IMG/VR virus record: IMGVR_UViG_3300035670_000062
Coordinates: 32,001 to 96,000 of that record
From: a virus
Direction: 5' to 3' (one strand)
Length of the DNA: 64,000 nt
Below are positions 47,495-57,091 of this stretch, one piece after another. Below the pieces are notes generated by a model. It did not search any database, was not told where the DNA came from, and worked only from the letters and a program-made list of their open reading frames with translations. The position numbers and the translations under genes were made by a program. Numbering within the stretch: the stretch's first letter is position 1; each line of letters opens with the position of its first letter.

Positions 47495-49445
47495 TTTAAT
47501 TAATCCTATATTAGAATCTAATCAAGAATATACTGTATATTTTGATGTAGACGATACTCTAACTAATTACACTGAAAACTTACTAACAACTAATATTAAA
47601 GATAAAAAAATATTAGAAATAAGACAAATAAAACCATCAGACACAGCATCCAATAAAGAATTTTGGGTAAATGCAAAATGGTATCCTGGTTCAAAAGAAA
47701 TGTTTAATTACATAAAATCAAAATTCCCAAACGTAAAAATATTATCTGCAGTACCTGAATTATCAAAACTTAAACAACAAGAAACTGGTAATAAATTCTA
47801 TAATGAACCTATAGAAGGTAAATCTGAATGGTTAAATAAAAATGTAGGTAATATTGAAAAGATATGGGTCAAAAATGGAAAAGAAAAAGCAGAATATGCT
47901 TCACCTACATCTATATTAATTGATGATAAATTAGAGAATATAAAACATTTTGAAGATGCTGGTGGAATAGGTATATTGATGGATAATCCTAAAAATGTAA
48001 TCAATAAAATAAATACATTATCCAACACATTAAACGAATTAACAAATCGATCTTTACCATATCAGCAAATTATACGAGATAAGTATAGTAGCGTTTTAGA
48101 TAAACTGTTTTTAATTCCATATAATGATAATTATGTTGAACTAAATATTATAAAAATAAAACCTGAATTTAGAGATAAAGGATATGCTACTAAAATATTA
48201 AATGATATTACTAAATGGGCTGATGAAAATAATAAAATATTAACATTAGACCCAAATGAAACTTTTGGATCAAATAAAGATAGGTTAATTGATTTTTATA
48301 AAAGATTTGGATTTAAATTAAATAATGGTAATGATAAAAAAGCAGATAATGAAATGGTAAGAACACCTCAATTATCATTAAATGAAAATGCTACTTATTC
48401 TAATAATATAAATTATAAAAATGAAATTAAAGAAATTACTAAATTTTTATTAGATAAAGGAGAAAACATTCAACCATTACCTAAAGTTACATTTAAAAAC
48501 GGAGATAAAACGAATGCTAAGGATTTTATGGGAAAAACAGCATATTATGACCCTAATTCCTCTGAAATTGTGTTATACACCGAGGGTCGCCATCCTAGAG
48601 ACATAATAGCTTCATATTTACATGAATTAATCCACCATATACAAAACATAGAAGGTAGATTACATAATATACAAACACAAAATGTCCATGAAGATGAATC
48701 ATTAGAATTACTTGAAAGAGAAGCATATGAAAAAGGAGGTATGTTTTTGAGATCTTATAAAGATAATAAAAGGATAATAGATATACCTAAATTTAATTAT
48801 GAAAAAACAATATATCATGAGTTATATGATACTTTAAATGAAATAACTTTATCTAAAGAAAATGCTGTTGGTATAAATGGAGATTTAGAAGGAGGAGATT
48901 TTAAAGTAGGAGATATAACTTATGTATATTCTATAAATAACATAATAAATCCTTATAAAGATGAAGGTAAATTTTATAATATTTCTTTTTATCCTGATGG
49001 AAATATAAATGCTGAACCACTAGAAGGAAAGGAAAATTATATTAAAATTTTATCTACAATATATAAAATTGTAGTTGATTTTGCTGAAAAAGTAAAACCT
49101 GAATATATAGGAATTGCATCTATGGATAATAACGAAAATAAAAACTACCACAGAATATATGCAAATTTAACAGATAATAAATACAATAGGATACCTGGGT
49201 ATTTTAGAAAAGATGTTAGTAAAGAATTTATAACTCCTCAAGGTAAAGGTAGATTTGTAGTATTAAAAAGAAACAAAAATATTGAAGAGGATCTTAAAAA
49301 AAATGAAATTAAATATTGGGCTATTTATTATTCAATATATGAAAAATTAAAAGAAAATATTAATTATTATTCATTTTTAAAAGACAGATTAAAGGGAGAA
49401 CAATTAAGCGCATTAGATTATTTTTACAATATTTTAACTAAATAG
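47475..49445 (+). CDS. multidomain protein: HAD nucleotidase + GNAT + HExxH zincin + unknown domain
   Basis: YFDVDDTL...ILIDDK; PEFRDKGYATKIL...FYKRFGF; LHELIHHIQ...EREAY; domains separated by LNE. Confidence 0.8.
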   Translation: MSSLVNNLINPILESNQEYTVYFDVDDTLTNYTENLLTTNIKDKKILEIRQIKPSDTASNKEFWVNAKWYPGSKEMFNYIKSKFPNVKILSAVPELSKLKQQETGNKFYNEPIEGKSEWLNKNVGNIEKIWVKNGKEKAEYASPTSILIDDKLENIKHFEDAGGIGILMDNPKNVINKINTLSNTLNELTNRSLPYQQIIRDKYSSVLDKLFLIPYNDNYVELNIIKIKPEFRDKGYATKILNDITKWADENNKILTLDPNETFGSNKDRLIDFYKRFGFKLNNGNDKKADNEMVRTPQLSLNENATYSNNINYKNEIKEITKFLLDKGENIQPLPKVTFKNGDKTNAKDFMGKTAYYDPNSSEIVLYTEGRHPRDIIASYLHELIHHIQNIEGRLHNIQTQNVHEDESLELLEREAYEKGGMFLRSYKDNKRIIDIPKFNYEKTIYHELYDTLNEITLSKENAVGINGDLEGGDFKVGDITYVYSINNIINPYKDEGKFYNISFYPDGNINAEPLEGKENYIKILSTIYKIVVDFAEKVKPEYIGIASMDNNENKNYHRIYANLTDNKYNRIPGYFRKDVSKEFITPQGKGRFVVLKRNKNIEEDLKKNEIKYWAIYYSIYEKLKENINYYSFLKDRLKGEQLSALDYFYNILTK

Positions 49446-49447
49446 TT

Positions 49448-49936
49448 ATGTTTAAGAAAAAAAACTTATATAAAATATTCTGTGATTTAGATGGGACTTT
49501 ATCTAATTTTGATAAAAGATATAAAGAATTAACGGGCTATTCCCCTACTACATATAGACAAAAATTTGGTAAAACTTCATTTTGGGATGTTATAGACAAA
49601 AAACATAAAGAGCAATTTTGGTCTGAGATGGAATGGCTGGAAGATGGACCTATATTATGGGATTATATTAAAAAATATAACCCAACAATAATAACAGCTC
49701 CATCCCCAGACATATCATCAAAATTTGGTAAAAGAAAATGGTTAGAAAATCATCTACCTAACTCTCCATTTATAATTTGTCCTAGACAAGAAAAACAATT
49801 ATATTCAAAACATAATCACATCCTAATAGACGACCACTCAGAAAATATAAAAGAATGGTCTGCTCAAGGAGGTATAGGTATTTTACATTCTGATGCTAAA
49901 TCTACAATAGAACATCTTAAAAAATTAGGTATATGA
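49448..49936 (+). CDS. HAD-family 5'(3')-deoxyribonucleotidase-like protein
   Basis: FCDLDGTL, ITAP, GKRKW, ILIDD, GGIGILH. Confidence 0.85.
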   Translation: MFKKKNLYKIFCDLDGTLSNFDKRYKELTGYSPTTYRQKFGKTSFWDVIDKKHKEQFWSEMEWLEDGPILWDYIKKYNPTIITAPSPDISSKFGKRKWLENHLPNSPFIICPRQEKQLYSKHNHILIDDHSENIKEWSAQGGIGILHSDAKSTIEHLKKLGI

Positions 49937-49961
49937 AATTGTTAAAAATATTATTAGAATT

Positions 49962-50534
49962 ATGAGTAAAGAAAACGTATTAAAAAAAGAATTTCAACCT
50001 AAAGATGTAGAACGTTTAAGGAATATATTAAAGGGAAAAGCAGGTGAAAAAACAACACAAAGTATAGGATATGAAATATCAAAAGAAGAACATAAAGATG
50101 GAGATATATGGATTGAAAATGGGAAGAAATGGACAATAAAAGATGGTATTAAACAAAATATAACTAAATTAGATTTAGCTAAAAAATATGGAGTTCCATT
50201 ATTTTGCCCAAGTTGTAATAATATAATGAATAAACAATTAGATTCTCATTATTTTAGTTCATTTGGATGTTGTATGGAATGTAATATGAAAAAAGAAACT
50301 GAATTAAAATTGAATGGAGATTGGGAATCTCATAATAAAGAAATCCATAATAAAGAGATTGACATAATGATAGAAAATTATAAAGCATATATGGAGGATG
50401 CTTTAAATGAATCTAATAATAGTTTTATAGCTGAAAATGGAGATGTTGAAAGATGGGTGGGAGGTATTAATAAAGAAAGAGCACTAAATTCCTTAGAAGA
50501 AGGTATTTTATATCTTAAATCATTAAAAAGATAA
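49962..50534 (+). CDS. hypothetical protein with CxxC pairs
   Basis: GDIWIENGKKWTIKDG; CPSC...CMEC. Confidence 0.7.
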   Translation: MSKENVLKKEFQPKDVERLRNILKGKAGEKTTQSIGYEISKEEHKDGDIWIENGKKWTIKDGIKQNITKLDLAKKYGVPLFCPSCNNIMNKQLDSHYFSSFGCCMECNMKKETELKLNGDWESHNKEIHNKEIDIMIENYKAYMEDALNESNNSFIAENGDVERWVGGINKERALNSLEEGILYLKSLKR

Positions 50535-50566
50535 TTTGATGTATTTATAATAAAAATCAATATATC

Positions 50567-50866
50567 ATGGGTGACCCTACAATAATAATTACCGCAATTA
50601 CTGCTATTCTTACTTCTTTAGGTATAAAAGAAATTTGGAATATAATCAAAACAAGAAATGATTATAAAAATCAAAAAGAAAAACATGATGAATATACTAA
50701 AGACTCTCTCACAGCTAAAATAATAACAGAACTAAGAGATAAAATAATAGAACTTGAAGAAAAAATTGATTCATTAATTCAAGAAAATATTTCATTAAAA
50801 GAAAAATTAGCTAGAATGGAAGAACGATTCTTATTTTCACCTAAAAAGAAATCCAATAAACCATAA
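50567..50866 (+). CDS. TM + coiled-coil protein (holin/chaperone-like)
   Basis: N-terminal TM segment then heptad repeat. Confidence 0.55.
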   Translation: MGDPTIIITAITAILTSLGIKEIWNIIKTRNDYKNQKEKHDEYTKDSLTAKIITELRDKIIELEEKIDSLIQENISLKEKLARMEERFLFSPKKKSNKP

Positions 50867-50898
50867 ATACAATATATTTATACTAAAATTAAAATAAA

Positions 50899-51288
50899 AT
50901 GAGTGATAACTTTAACCTACAGAAATTCTTAAAAAAGAATACTCTACTAACAGAAAATAAAAACATCCCTTCATCATCTCAATTGAAAGAAGATATACTA
51001 AGAAAACATCTTAGAGAAGAAATTCAATCTATTATGAGAGAAGAAAGTGATTTATATGAAGCTGAAGAAGATACAGAAGAATTAGATAATGAATTAGATA
51101 ATATACTTGATGATGAAGAATCAATAGATGGTGAAGTAAACCCAGATGTATCTGAATTACAAGATTTATTAACACAAGCTCAAGCAAAAGCTGAAGCTAT
51201 TGGAGATAAAAAATTAATAGACCAAATAGGAAATACAATTACTTTCTTTACTAGAGCTCATGTAGTAAAATCTGATGGAACAAGATAA
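50899..51288 (+). CDS. acidic hypothetical protein (possible head core)
   Basis: FNLQKFL..N.LLTE leader; acidic tract. Confidence 0.65.
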   Translation: MSDNFNLQKFLKKNTLLTENKNIPSSSQLKEDILRKHLREEIQSIMREESDLYEAEEDTEELDNELDNILDDEESIDGEVNPDVSELQDLLTQAQAKAEAIGDKKLIDQIGNTITFFTRAHVVKSDGTR

Positions 51289-51896
51289 TGGAAAATTTTG
51301 ATTTAATTAAATACTTAAATAATAACTTATTATTAGAGTCTGAAGATTCAATAGTAGATAAAGTTGTTGATGAAATAGATGATGAAATGGATTTAATTTT
51401 AAAATCTATTGAATCTGAATTAAAAAAGAAATCAACAGAAGATAACTTGAATGAAGGTTTTATGACTATTGTTGGTGTAGGTTTAGCTTTACCTGCTATA
51501 TTAGGTATAGTAGCTAAAATAGGTAAAAAAGCAGGGCAAGTTATTAGTAAGATGGTAGGTAAAAAACCAACAGATAAAGATGAAGTTGATAAATGGTTTA
51601 ATAGATTATCAAAAATAGCAGATGAATTACATCATTTATATATGGTTCCTTTAGAATCATTAATGAGTAAATTCATTAAAGATAAGAAAAAAGCAAAAAA
51701 AGCAGCTCATCTATTGTTTCATGTAATAATAGCAATATTCCTTATATCAGCAGGTACTACTGCAGTAAAAGCATTTCAAGCAAAAAACATAAGTTTAACA
51801 ACATTAGAAGGAGTATTAACTGCTATTAAAAGTGGTGAATTAACTACATTTATAGGAAATGCATTAGAAATAGCATCTGAATCTCCTATAGATTAA
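51288..51896 (+). CDS. hypothetical protein with hydrophobic segments after LNE
   Basis: FDLIKYL..N.LLLE leader; LNE followed by a TM-like helix. Confidence 0.65.
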   Translation: MENFDLIKYLNNNLLLESEDSIVDKVVDEIDDEMDLILKSIESELKKKSTEDNLNEGFMTIVGVGLALPAILGIVAKIGKKAGQVISKMVGKKPTDKDEVDKWFNRLSKIADELHHLYMVPLESLMSKFIKDKKKAKKAAHLLFHVIIAIFLISAGTTAVKAFQAKNISLTTLEGVLTAIKSGELTTFIGNALEIASESPID

Positions 51897-51926
51897 ATAA
51901 ACAAATAAATAAAAATAAATATAAAC

Positions 51927-52094
51927 ATGAACACAACAGAAGTTTTAGAAAAAATCAAATCATTAGTTGCTGAAATTGAAGTAGAACATTCAAAAACAAC
52001 TAAAAAATCAAAAGCAGTAACAAGAAAATTAATGCAAGAATTAAAACAAACTGCCTCTGAATTTAGAAAATTATCAATCGCTGAATCTAAATAG
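51927..52094 (+). CDS. histone H1-like (Hc1-type) small basic protein, 55 aa, not in ORF track
   Basis: MNTTEVLEKIKSLVAEIEVEHSKTTKKSKAVTRKLMQELKQTASEFRKLSIAESK resembles Bacteroidota H1-like proteins (RK...L...EFRK.S). Confidence 0.6.
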   Translation: MNTTEVLEKIKSLVAEIEVEHSKTTKKSKAVTRKLMQELKQTASEFRKLSIAESK

Positions 52095-52633
52095 TGAAAA
52101 AACAAATTGAAGAAATATTATCCCCAAAAGTAGTAAAGAAAGCCGAGGAATTCAAAGCTCAAATTATTAACAATAATGGGGATAAAATTTTTCAAAAATA
52201 TGGAAATGAAGCTGAAAACATAATTCAAGGTAGAGCCATAAATTTAGCAAAAAAACATTTTGAAGAAATGAAAAACACAAAATTAACAGAGTTAATAAAA
52301 CAATCCTTATTAAAGTCATCTATAACTGAACAAGATGTAGAAGTTGGAGCTGATAGATATGAAGAAGAAAATGAATTGAAAGAAGTTTCTAATTTATTGG
52401 ACCAATTAGAAGAATTATTGAAAGTTCATGATTGGAATTATGAATATTATGATGATTATAAAAAATGGAAAGTTGGTGCTAATAGTTGGGCCCAAATAAC
52501 AAGAATAGCAAATAGAATTGAATCTAAAGGAGACAAATATAAAAAAGATGTAAATGATTTGATTAAACAATATGAACCTAAGTTAAATGAAAATTTAACA
52601 GAAAATATATTTAAAATATTAAGAAAAAAATGA
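52094..52633 (+). CDS. hypothetical protein
   Basis: GTG start; internal MKNTKLTELIKQSL; HDWNYEYYDD. Confidence 0.65.
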   Translation: MKKQIEEILSPKVVKKAEEFKAQIINNNGDKIFQKYGNEAENIIQGRAINLAKKHFEEMKNTKLTELIKQSLLKSSITEQDVEVGADRYEEENELKEVSNLLDQLEELLKVHDWNYEYYDDYKKWKVGANSWAQITRIANRIESKGDKYKKDVNDLIKQYEPKLNENLTENIFKILRKK

Positions 52634-53085
52634 ACAAAGAACAACTAAGAGATAAAATTAGAAAATTAGCCCTTAGTCTAAATTCAAAACCATCTCCATC
52701 ACTCCCATCAGTTCAAGAATATGATGAATTAACTAAATTTGATGAACTTAAACAAGTAATCATTAATTTACTTTCAACTGAATATAAACCTTTCGTAGCA
52801 TCTATAGACTGGGTCTCTCCCAAACCATCAACATTCAGAATAAACTTAAAAAACGACCAAAATTTCTACTTAACTTACACTGAAAGAAGTTGGATAGCTC
52901 AAATAGAAGGAAAAAAATACTATTTATTAAATTTAACTGAAGAACAAAATGCTTCAAATGCCTTAGCAAGAATACTAAGATACAATGCAGATATTTCTAA
53001 AGAAAATGATACAATAGAAAATGAAGAAACAGATATAATAGATAATATTACATCTTCAGAACCAGAACCAGAAGAAACAGAATAA
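52630..53085 (+). CDS. hypothetical protein
   Basis: IDWVSPKPSTFRINLKN. Confidence 0.7.
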   Translation: MNKEQLRDKIRKLALSLNSKPSPSLPSVQEYDELTKFDELKQVIINLLSTEYKPFVASIDWVSPKPSTFRINLKNDQNFYLTYTERSWIAQIEGKKYYLLNLTEEQNASNALARILRYNADISKENDTIENEETDIIDNITSSEPEPEETE

Positions 53086-54221
53086 TGGATATAATAGAAC
53101 AATTTTTAAATAAAATTTCATATAAATTTGAAAAAGGATATCCTGACATGAATAATGAACAGGATATTTTACTTTTAGAAAATGAATTAATGAAAGTGGG
53201 AATCAATATAAAAGAATCAAAAAAACCCTTTGAATCTTTATCTCCTAAAGCACAAGAGATAGGTAAAGAAATAATGGATTTACTGTCTATACCTATTGAG
53301 CAAATCAAAAGCCAAACATCTAATCGAATTATAGTTTTAACCGATGAAAATCGCCTTAAAATAATGACTAAATTGGTAGATAATGGATTTACTAGAAATG
53401 TTAATATACCAGGTTCGTCCCAAGGTGGAGTTGAAAAAAACGGAGTAGAAGTTATAATTAAACCTTTATCTAAACAAGGATCTCAATCAGCGGGTAAACA
53501 AAATGAAACAGATTTTAATAATATAATTAACTCTCATATAAATGAATATGGAAGTCCTATAAATGTATTATTAAAAAGTGATAAAAAAACATTATTATAT
53601 AAAAATGTAGCTAAAGCAGTAGATGCTTCTACAAAAGGAGCTACGGATTTTGATAAATCTGATACTGATTTGATTGATGAAAATGGAAAAATAATTGTTG
53701 GTATTTCATTAAAAAAAAGAAATGCCATAAGATGGGAAAGTTCAAAAACTAGACCTTTAGATGGTGTAAATGTATTTAAATCTTTTATAGAAAAAGCATT
53801 ACAAGGTAAGTTTGAAAATATATCTTTACTTCCTCTAGAACAAAAGAATAAATATAAATTATATAATCCCATTAAAAATAAAATTTTATCTAAAGTTATA
53901 ATCAAGAATACCCCATCAGACATTCTTGATAAAATAGTATTTGGTAATACTAGTACTGAAACTATAGTAGTGAAGGAGACATTTGAAGGAGGATTTAACG
54001 ATTATAATTTCAATAATGGAGTTTTAACAATAAATTGCTATTTAATTTACACTGAAATAGAAGATATAATAGGAACAGATGATGAACCTGTATTTGCTTT
54101 TTCAAACCACATAGGACAAGCATATGGTATTGAATTTAGAAGTTTCAGTAAAGGATTATTATATAGTGGAGATGAAACAAAGGGTTCAAGTGAAGAAATA
54201 GATTTTAATGATTTAAAATAA
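53085..54221 (+). CDS. putative PD-(D/E)XK-fold nuclease with N-terminal leader
   Basis: AGKQNE...KSDTDL...GISLKK resembles a restriction-like catalytic triad. Confidence 0.5.
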   Translation: MDIIEQFLNKISYKFEKGYPDMNNEQDILLLENELMKVGINIKESKKPFESLSPKAQEIGKEIMDLLSIPIEQIKSQTSNRIIVLTDENRLKIMTKLVDNGFTRNVNIPGSSQGGVEKNGVEVIIKPLSKQGSQSAGKQNETDFNNIINSHINEYGSPINVLLKSDKKTLLYKNVAKAVDASTKGATDFDKSDTDLIDENGKIIVGISLKKRNAIRWESSKTRPLDGVNVFKSFIEKALQGKFENISLLPLEQKNKYKLYNPIKNKILSKVIIKNTPSDILDKIVFGNTSTETIVVKETFEGGFNDYNFNNGVLTINCYLIYTEIEDIIGTDDEPVFAFSNHIGQAYGIEFRSFSKGLLYSGDETKGSSEEIDFNDLK

Positions 54222-54231
54222 TATATTAATT

Positions 54232-55074
54232 ATGAATCTTAAAAATTTACAACAACTCATAAAAGAAGTTCTTTTTGAAGAAAAAACAAAACGGGATAGA
54301 TGTCTTCGTATAGCAGACAAAAAATTTGATAAACCATCAGCTTATAAATCAGGAGCAGTAGTTAGATGTAGAAAAGGTGATATTTGGAAAGGATTAAAAG
54401 AAGCCAAAGAATTAAACGTCCAAGATATAGCATACCAACAAACACCAGGCTTATTAGAAAAAGGGATTAAATATGAATTAGCTCATTTTAGGGGATTTAT
54501 GAAATCCTTTTATAAATGGAGTGGTCCAAAAGATAGAAATGATTTTTTTGATTTTATAGAAAATGTAAAAGGAGAAATAAAACGAGTTCCTTTATCATCT
54601 ATAAAACCTTCCCAACTTGATAAAGACTACAAAAACCCATCTTCAGAATACGAAGCAGAAGAATTTCAAAAAATATTATCAGATGAAAAGGATGCTAAAG
54701 ACCATAGAATGGCAGATTTTTATCCTATATTAGTTAATAAAAGAGATAATAAAATAATAGATGGTAATCATAGACATTATGCATTATCTGCTATAAATTC
54801 ACCATATGCTGTAGTATTGCATGTAGATGTACCTAAACAATATTTAAATGAAGATGAATCACTTCATAAATGGTTTAAACGCTCAGGCACACCAGGTAAA
54901 GAGGGTGGTTGGGTTGATTGTAATGCTCCAATTCGTAAAGATGGTGAAATAACAGGATATAAATCATGTGGTAGAAAAGAAGACGAGAAACGTGCAAAAT
55001 ATCCTTCATGTCGTCCTACACCATCTCAATGTAAAACACCTGGTAAAGGTACTAAATGGGGTAAAACAAAATAA
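54232..55074 (+). CDS. leader-bearing protein with internal ParB/Srx-like domain
   Basis: VPLSSIKPSQ...PILV...IIDGNHRHYA, located between LKE and LNE. Confidence 0.7.
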   Translation: MNLKNLQQLIKEVLFEEKTKRDRCLRIADKKFDKPSAYKSGAVVRCRKGDIWKGLKEAKELNVQDIAYQQTPGLLEKGIKYELAHFRGFMKSFYKWSGPKDRNDFFDFIENVKGEIKRVPLSSIKPSQLDKDYKNPSSEYEAEEFQKILSDEKDAKDHRMADFYPILVNKRDNKIIDGNHRHYALSAINSPYAVVLHVDVPKQYLNEDESLHKWFKRSGTPGKEGGWVDCNAPIRKDGEITGYKSCGRKEDEKRAKYPSCRPTPSQCKTPGKGTKWGKTK

Positions 55075-55695
55075 TATATTTACAATAAAAATATGAAAAA
55101 ATCTGAATTAAGACAAATTATTAAGGAGGAAATTATAAGAGAGTTATTTGATACAAAAGAAAAAATCAGATGGCGTGAGGGTGAAGATTCAGATTTCACT
55201 GCTACCTTTACTGGTCCTAACGATCAGAAATACGTAATAGACATTACTTCCTTAGAATGGTTAACATTACCTAATAGTGCTACTATTACTGCAAGTAAAC
55301 TTTTACCTGACGCAGCTATTGAAATGTGGGAAGACGGTCAAGGATATCATGTTGAATTTAGAGATGTTAAGAAAGGTAAAGGTATTACTGGGTTAGGTGG
55401 TACTGATACAGCAAAAATCTTCGGTATTGTTATTAATGCGTTAGTTGATAAAATGAAACGTGAAAAGGCTGAGCTTGTATTCTTTTCAGCCAAAGAGCCT
55501 TCTAGAAAAGAGTTGTATAAAAAAATAGCACCACTTATAGCAACTAAGTTAGGAATGAAGCAAGTTAATAATGGTACCTATTATTTTTTATATCTTTAAA
55601 TTATGAGAAAATACATAAAAATAAGAGTGGATGTAGAGGACCTCTATGTAAAACACCTGGTAAAGGTAAAAAAATGAGGTAAAATAAAATAATAT
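55029..55695 (+). repeat. ~49-bp imperfect direct repeats (55029-55077, 55646-55695) flanking an MKKSEL gene
   Basis: ATGTAAAACACCTGGTAAAGGTA identical over 23 bp, then a degenerate extension. Confidence 0.85.
55093..55599 (+). CDS. MKKSEL-leader protein
   Basis: MKKSELRQIIKEEIIRE; body resembles the 4th domain of ORF 47475. Confidence 0.8.
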   Translation: MKKSELRQIIKEEIIRELFDTKEKIRWREGEDSDFTATFTGPNDQKYVIDITSLEWLTLPNSATITASKLLPDAAIEMWEDGQGYHVEFRDVKKGKGITGLGGTDTAKIFGIVINALVDKMKREKAELVFFSAKEPSRKELYKKIAPLIATKLGMKQVNNGTYYFLYL

Positions 55696-56314
55696 GTTAA
55701 ACGAAAATATTCCAAGTTTCAAAGCCTTAGTTCGTAAATCATACTTTACCAAAAACCACAAAGATTCAGATGAGTTCTATAATGTATATGTTTTTGGCAT
55801 TCAATCATATACTGGAACTATATTAACATTTCATGTTATGACAGATCATGGAATGGTCCGTTCTAGAGTACCCATTTCAGAAATTTACACAAAAATTCCT
55901 ACAAACAATATACCATTTAATTTTAAACAATTGTGGGATTGTTTTAGTGAAAATGTAGCTATTATAAAATATGATTTTTTAGTATATCATAGAGCACAAA
56001 TTGTGTTAAGAGACGGAAGTAAAGTTTGGGGGACATATATGTTTACTGTAGATTGGTATAATAACCCATACAGTGACGAACCTACTGATTATAAATGTGG
56101 TCATATATTTGAATCAGATGAAGGTTACTTATTATGTATGCCTAACAATAGAATATTTTGGAAAGACAGCAATTGGGTTACTAAAAAATTACCAATAGAT
56201 TTAAAACAATTTAAAGTAGACACTGAATTATCTTCTGTAGAAAATCAATCTGACAAATGGATAACTGAAGATGGAAATTCATTTTATTATGACATGAATG
56301 AAACCATACATTAA
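55694..56314 (+). CDS. conserved-type phage hypothetical protein
   Basis: QLWDCFS, YMFTVDW, YKCGH, PNNRI.W. Confidence 0.7.
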   Translation: MLNENIPSFKALVRKSYFTKNHKDSDEFYNVYVFGIQSYTGTILTFHVMTDHGMVRSRVPISEIYTKIPTNNIPFNFKQLWDCFSENVAIIKYDFLVYHRAQIVLRDGSKVWGTYMFTVDWYNNPYSDEPTDYKCGHIFESDEGYLLCMPNNRIFWKDSNWVTKKLPIDLKQFKVDTELSSVENQSDKWITEDGNSFYYDMNETIH

Positions 56315-56561
56315 TATTTCAACCACCTCAACTCATACAATACGTGAGTTTAATGAAAATATAGACTCTACCGAACTTCTTTGGCATCGGGATTTAAAAG
56401 ACCGTAAAGTAACAATATTAGAGGGTAATGGTTGGTATTTTCAAAGAGACAATGAACTTCCTTTGGAATTAAAAGAAGGAGTTAGTATATTTATACCAAA
56501 ATTAGAATGGCATAGAGTGATTAAAGGAAACACTACATTAAAAATAAAAATAGAAGAATGA
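56298..56561 (+). CDS. small cupin-like protein
   Basis: WHRD...IFIPKLEWHRVIKG. Confidence 0.7.
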   Translation: MKPYINISTTSTHTIREFNENIDSTELLWHRDLKDRKVTILEGNGWYFQRDNELPLELKEGVSIFIPKLEWHRVIKGNTTLKIKIEE

Positions 56562-57091
56562 AAAAATCAGAACTTAGACAACTTATTAGAGAAGAAATCT
56601 TAGCAGAAGCTAAGAAAAAAGACAAATCAGGTTTACCATTTGCGTTAGCAGCTAACCTTGAAAAATATGGAAAACCACAAACTCCAAAAGATGCTAAACT
56701 TGTTGATTTCACTCAAAAACAAGAAAAAAATGTAAAGAAAACAGCAGAAAAACTAAAAAAATCAATTAAAGAAGATTTAGGTAACTACATGTTTTTCCAA
56801 AACCTTAAAACCATTAAACAAATGGTTGATGATTTGCTTAAATTAGATGAAAAAATGGTTGATGATATTTTAGCAAATGAACATGATTGGGCAAATGACC
56901 ATATTACAACATCAAAAGATGATGTTGAAGAAGTACATAATTTTTTAATGAATAAAAAAGTTGCTATGTCTGTTGAAATGAATGAAAAGAAACAATTGTC
57001 TCCTAAACAAAAGAAAATAGCCTCAGCAGCATCACCAGAAGATGAAATAACTAGTGATGATTTTAAAGTATTAAGAAAAAATAAAAAATGA
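56558..57091 (+). CDS. MKKSEL-leader protein
   Basis: MKKSELRQLIREEILAE; modules split by IKE/MNE. Confidence 0.8.
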   Translation: MKKSELRQLIREEILAEAKKKDKSGLPFALAANLEKYGKPQTPKDAKLVDFTQKQEKNVKKTAEKLKKSIKEDLGNYMFFQNLKTIKQMVDDLLKLDEKMVDDILANEHDWANDHITTSKDDVEEVHNFLMNKKVAMSVEMNEKKQLSPKQKKIASAASPEDEITSDDFKVLRKNKK

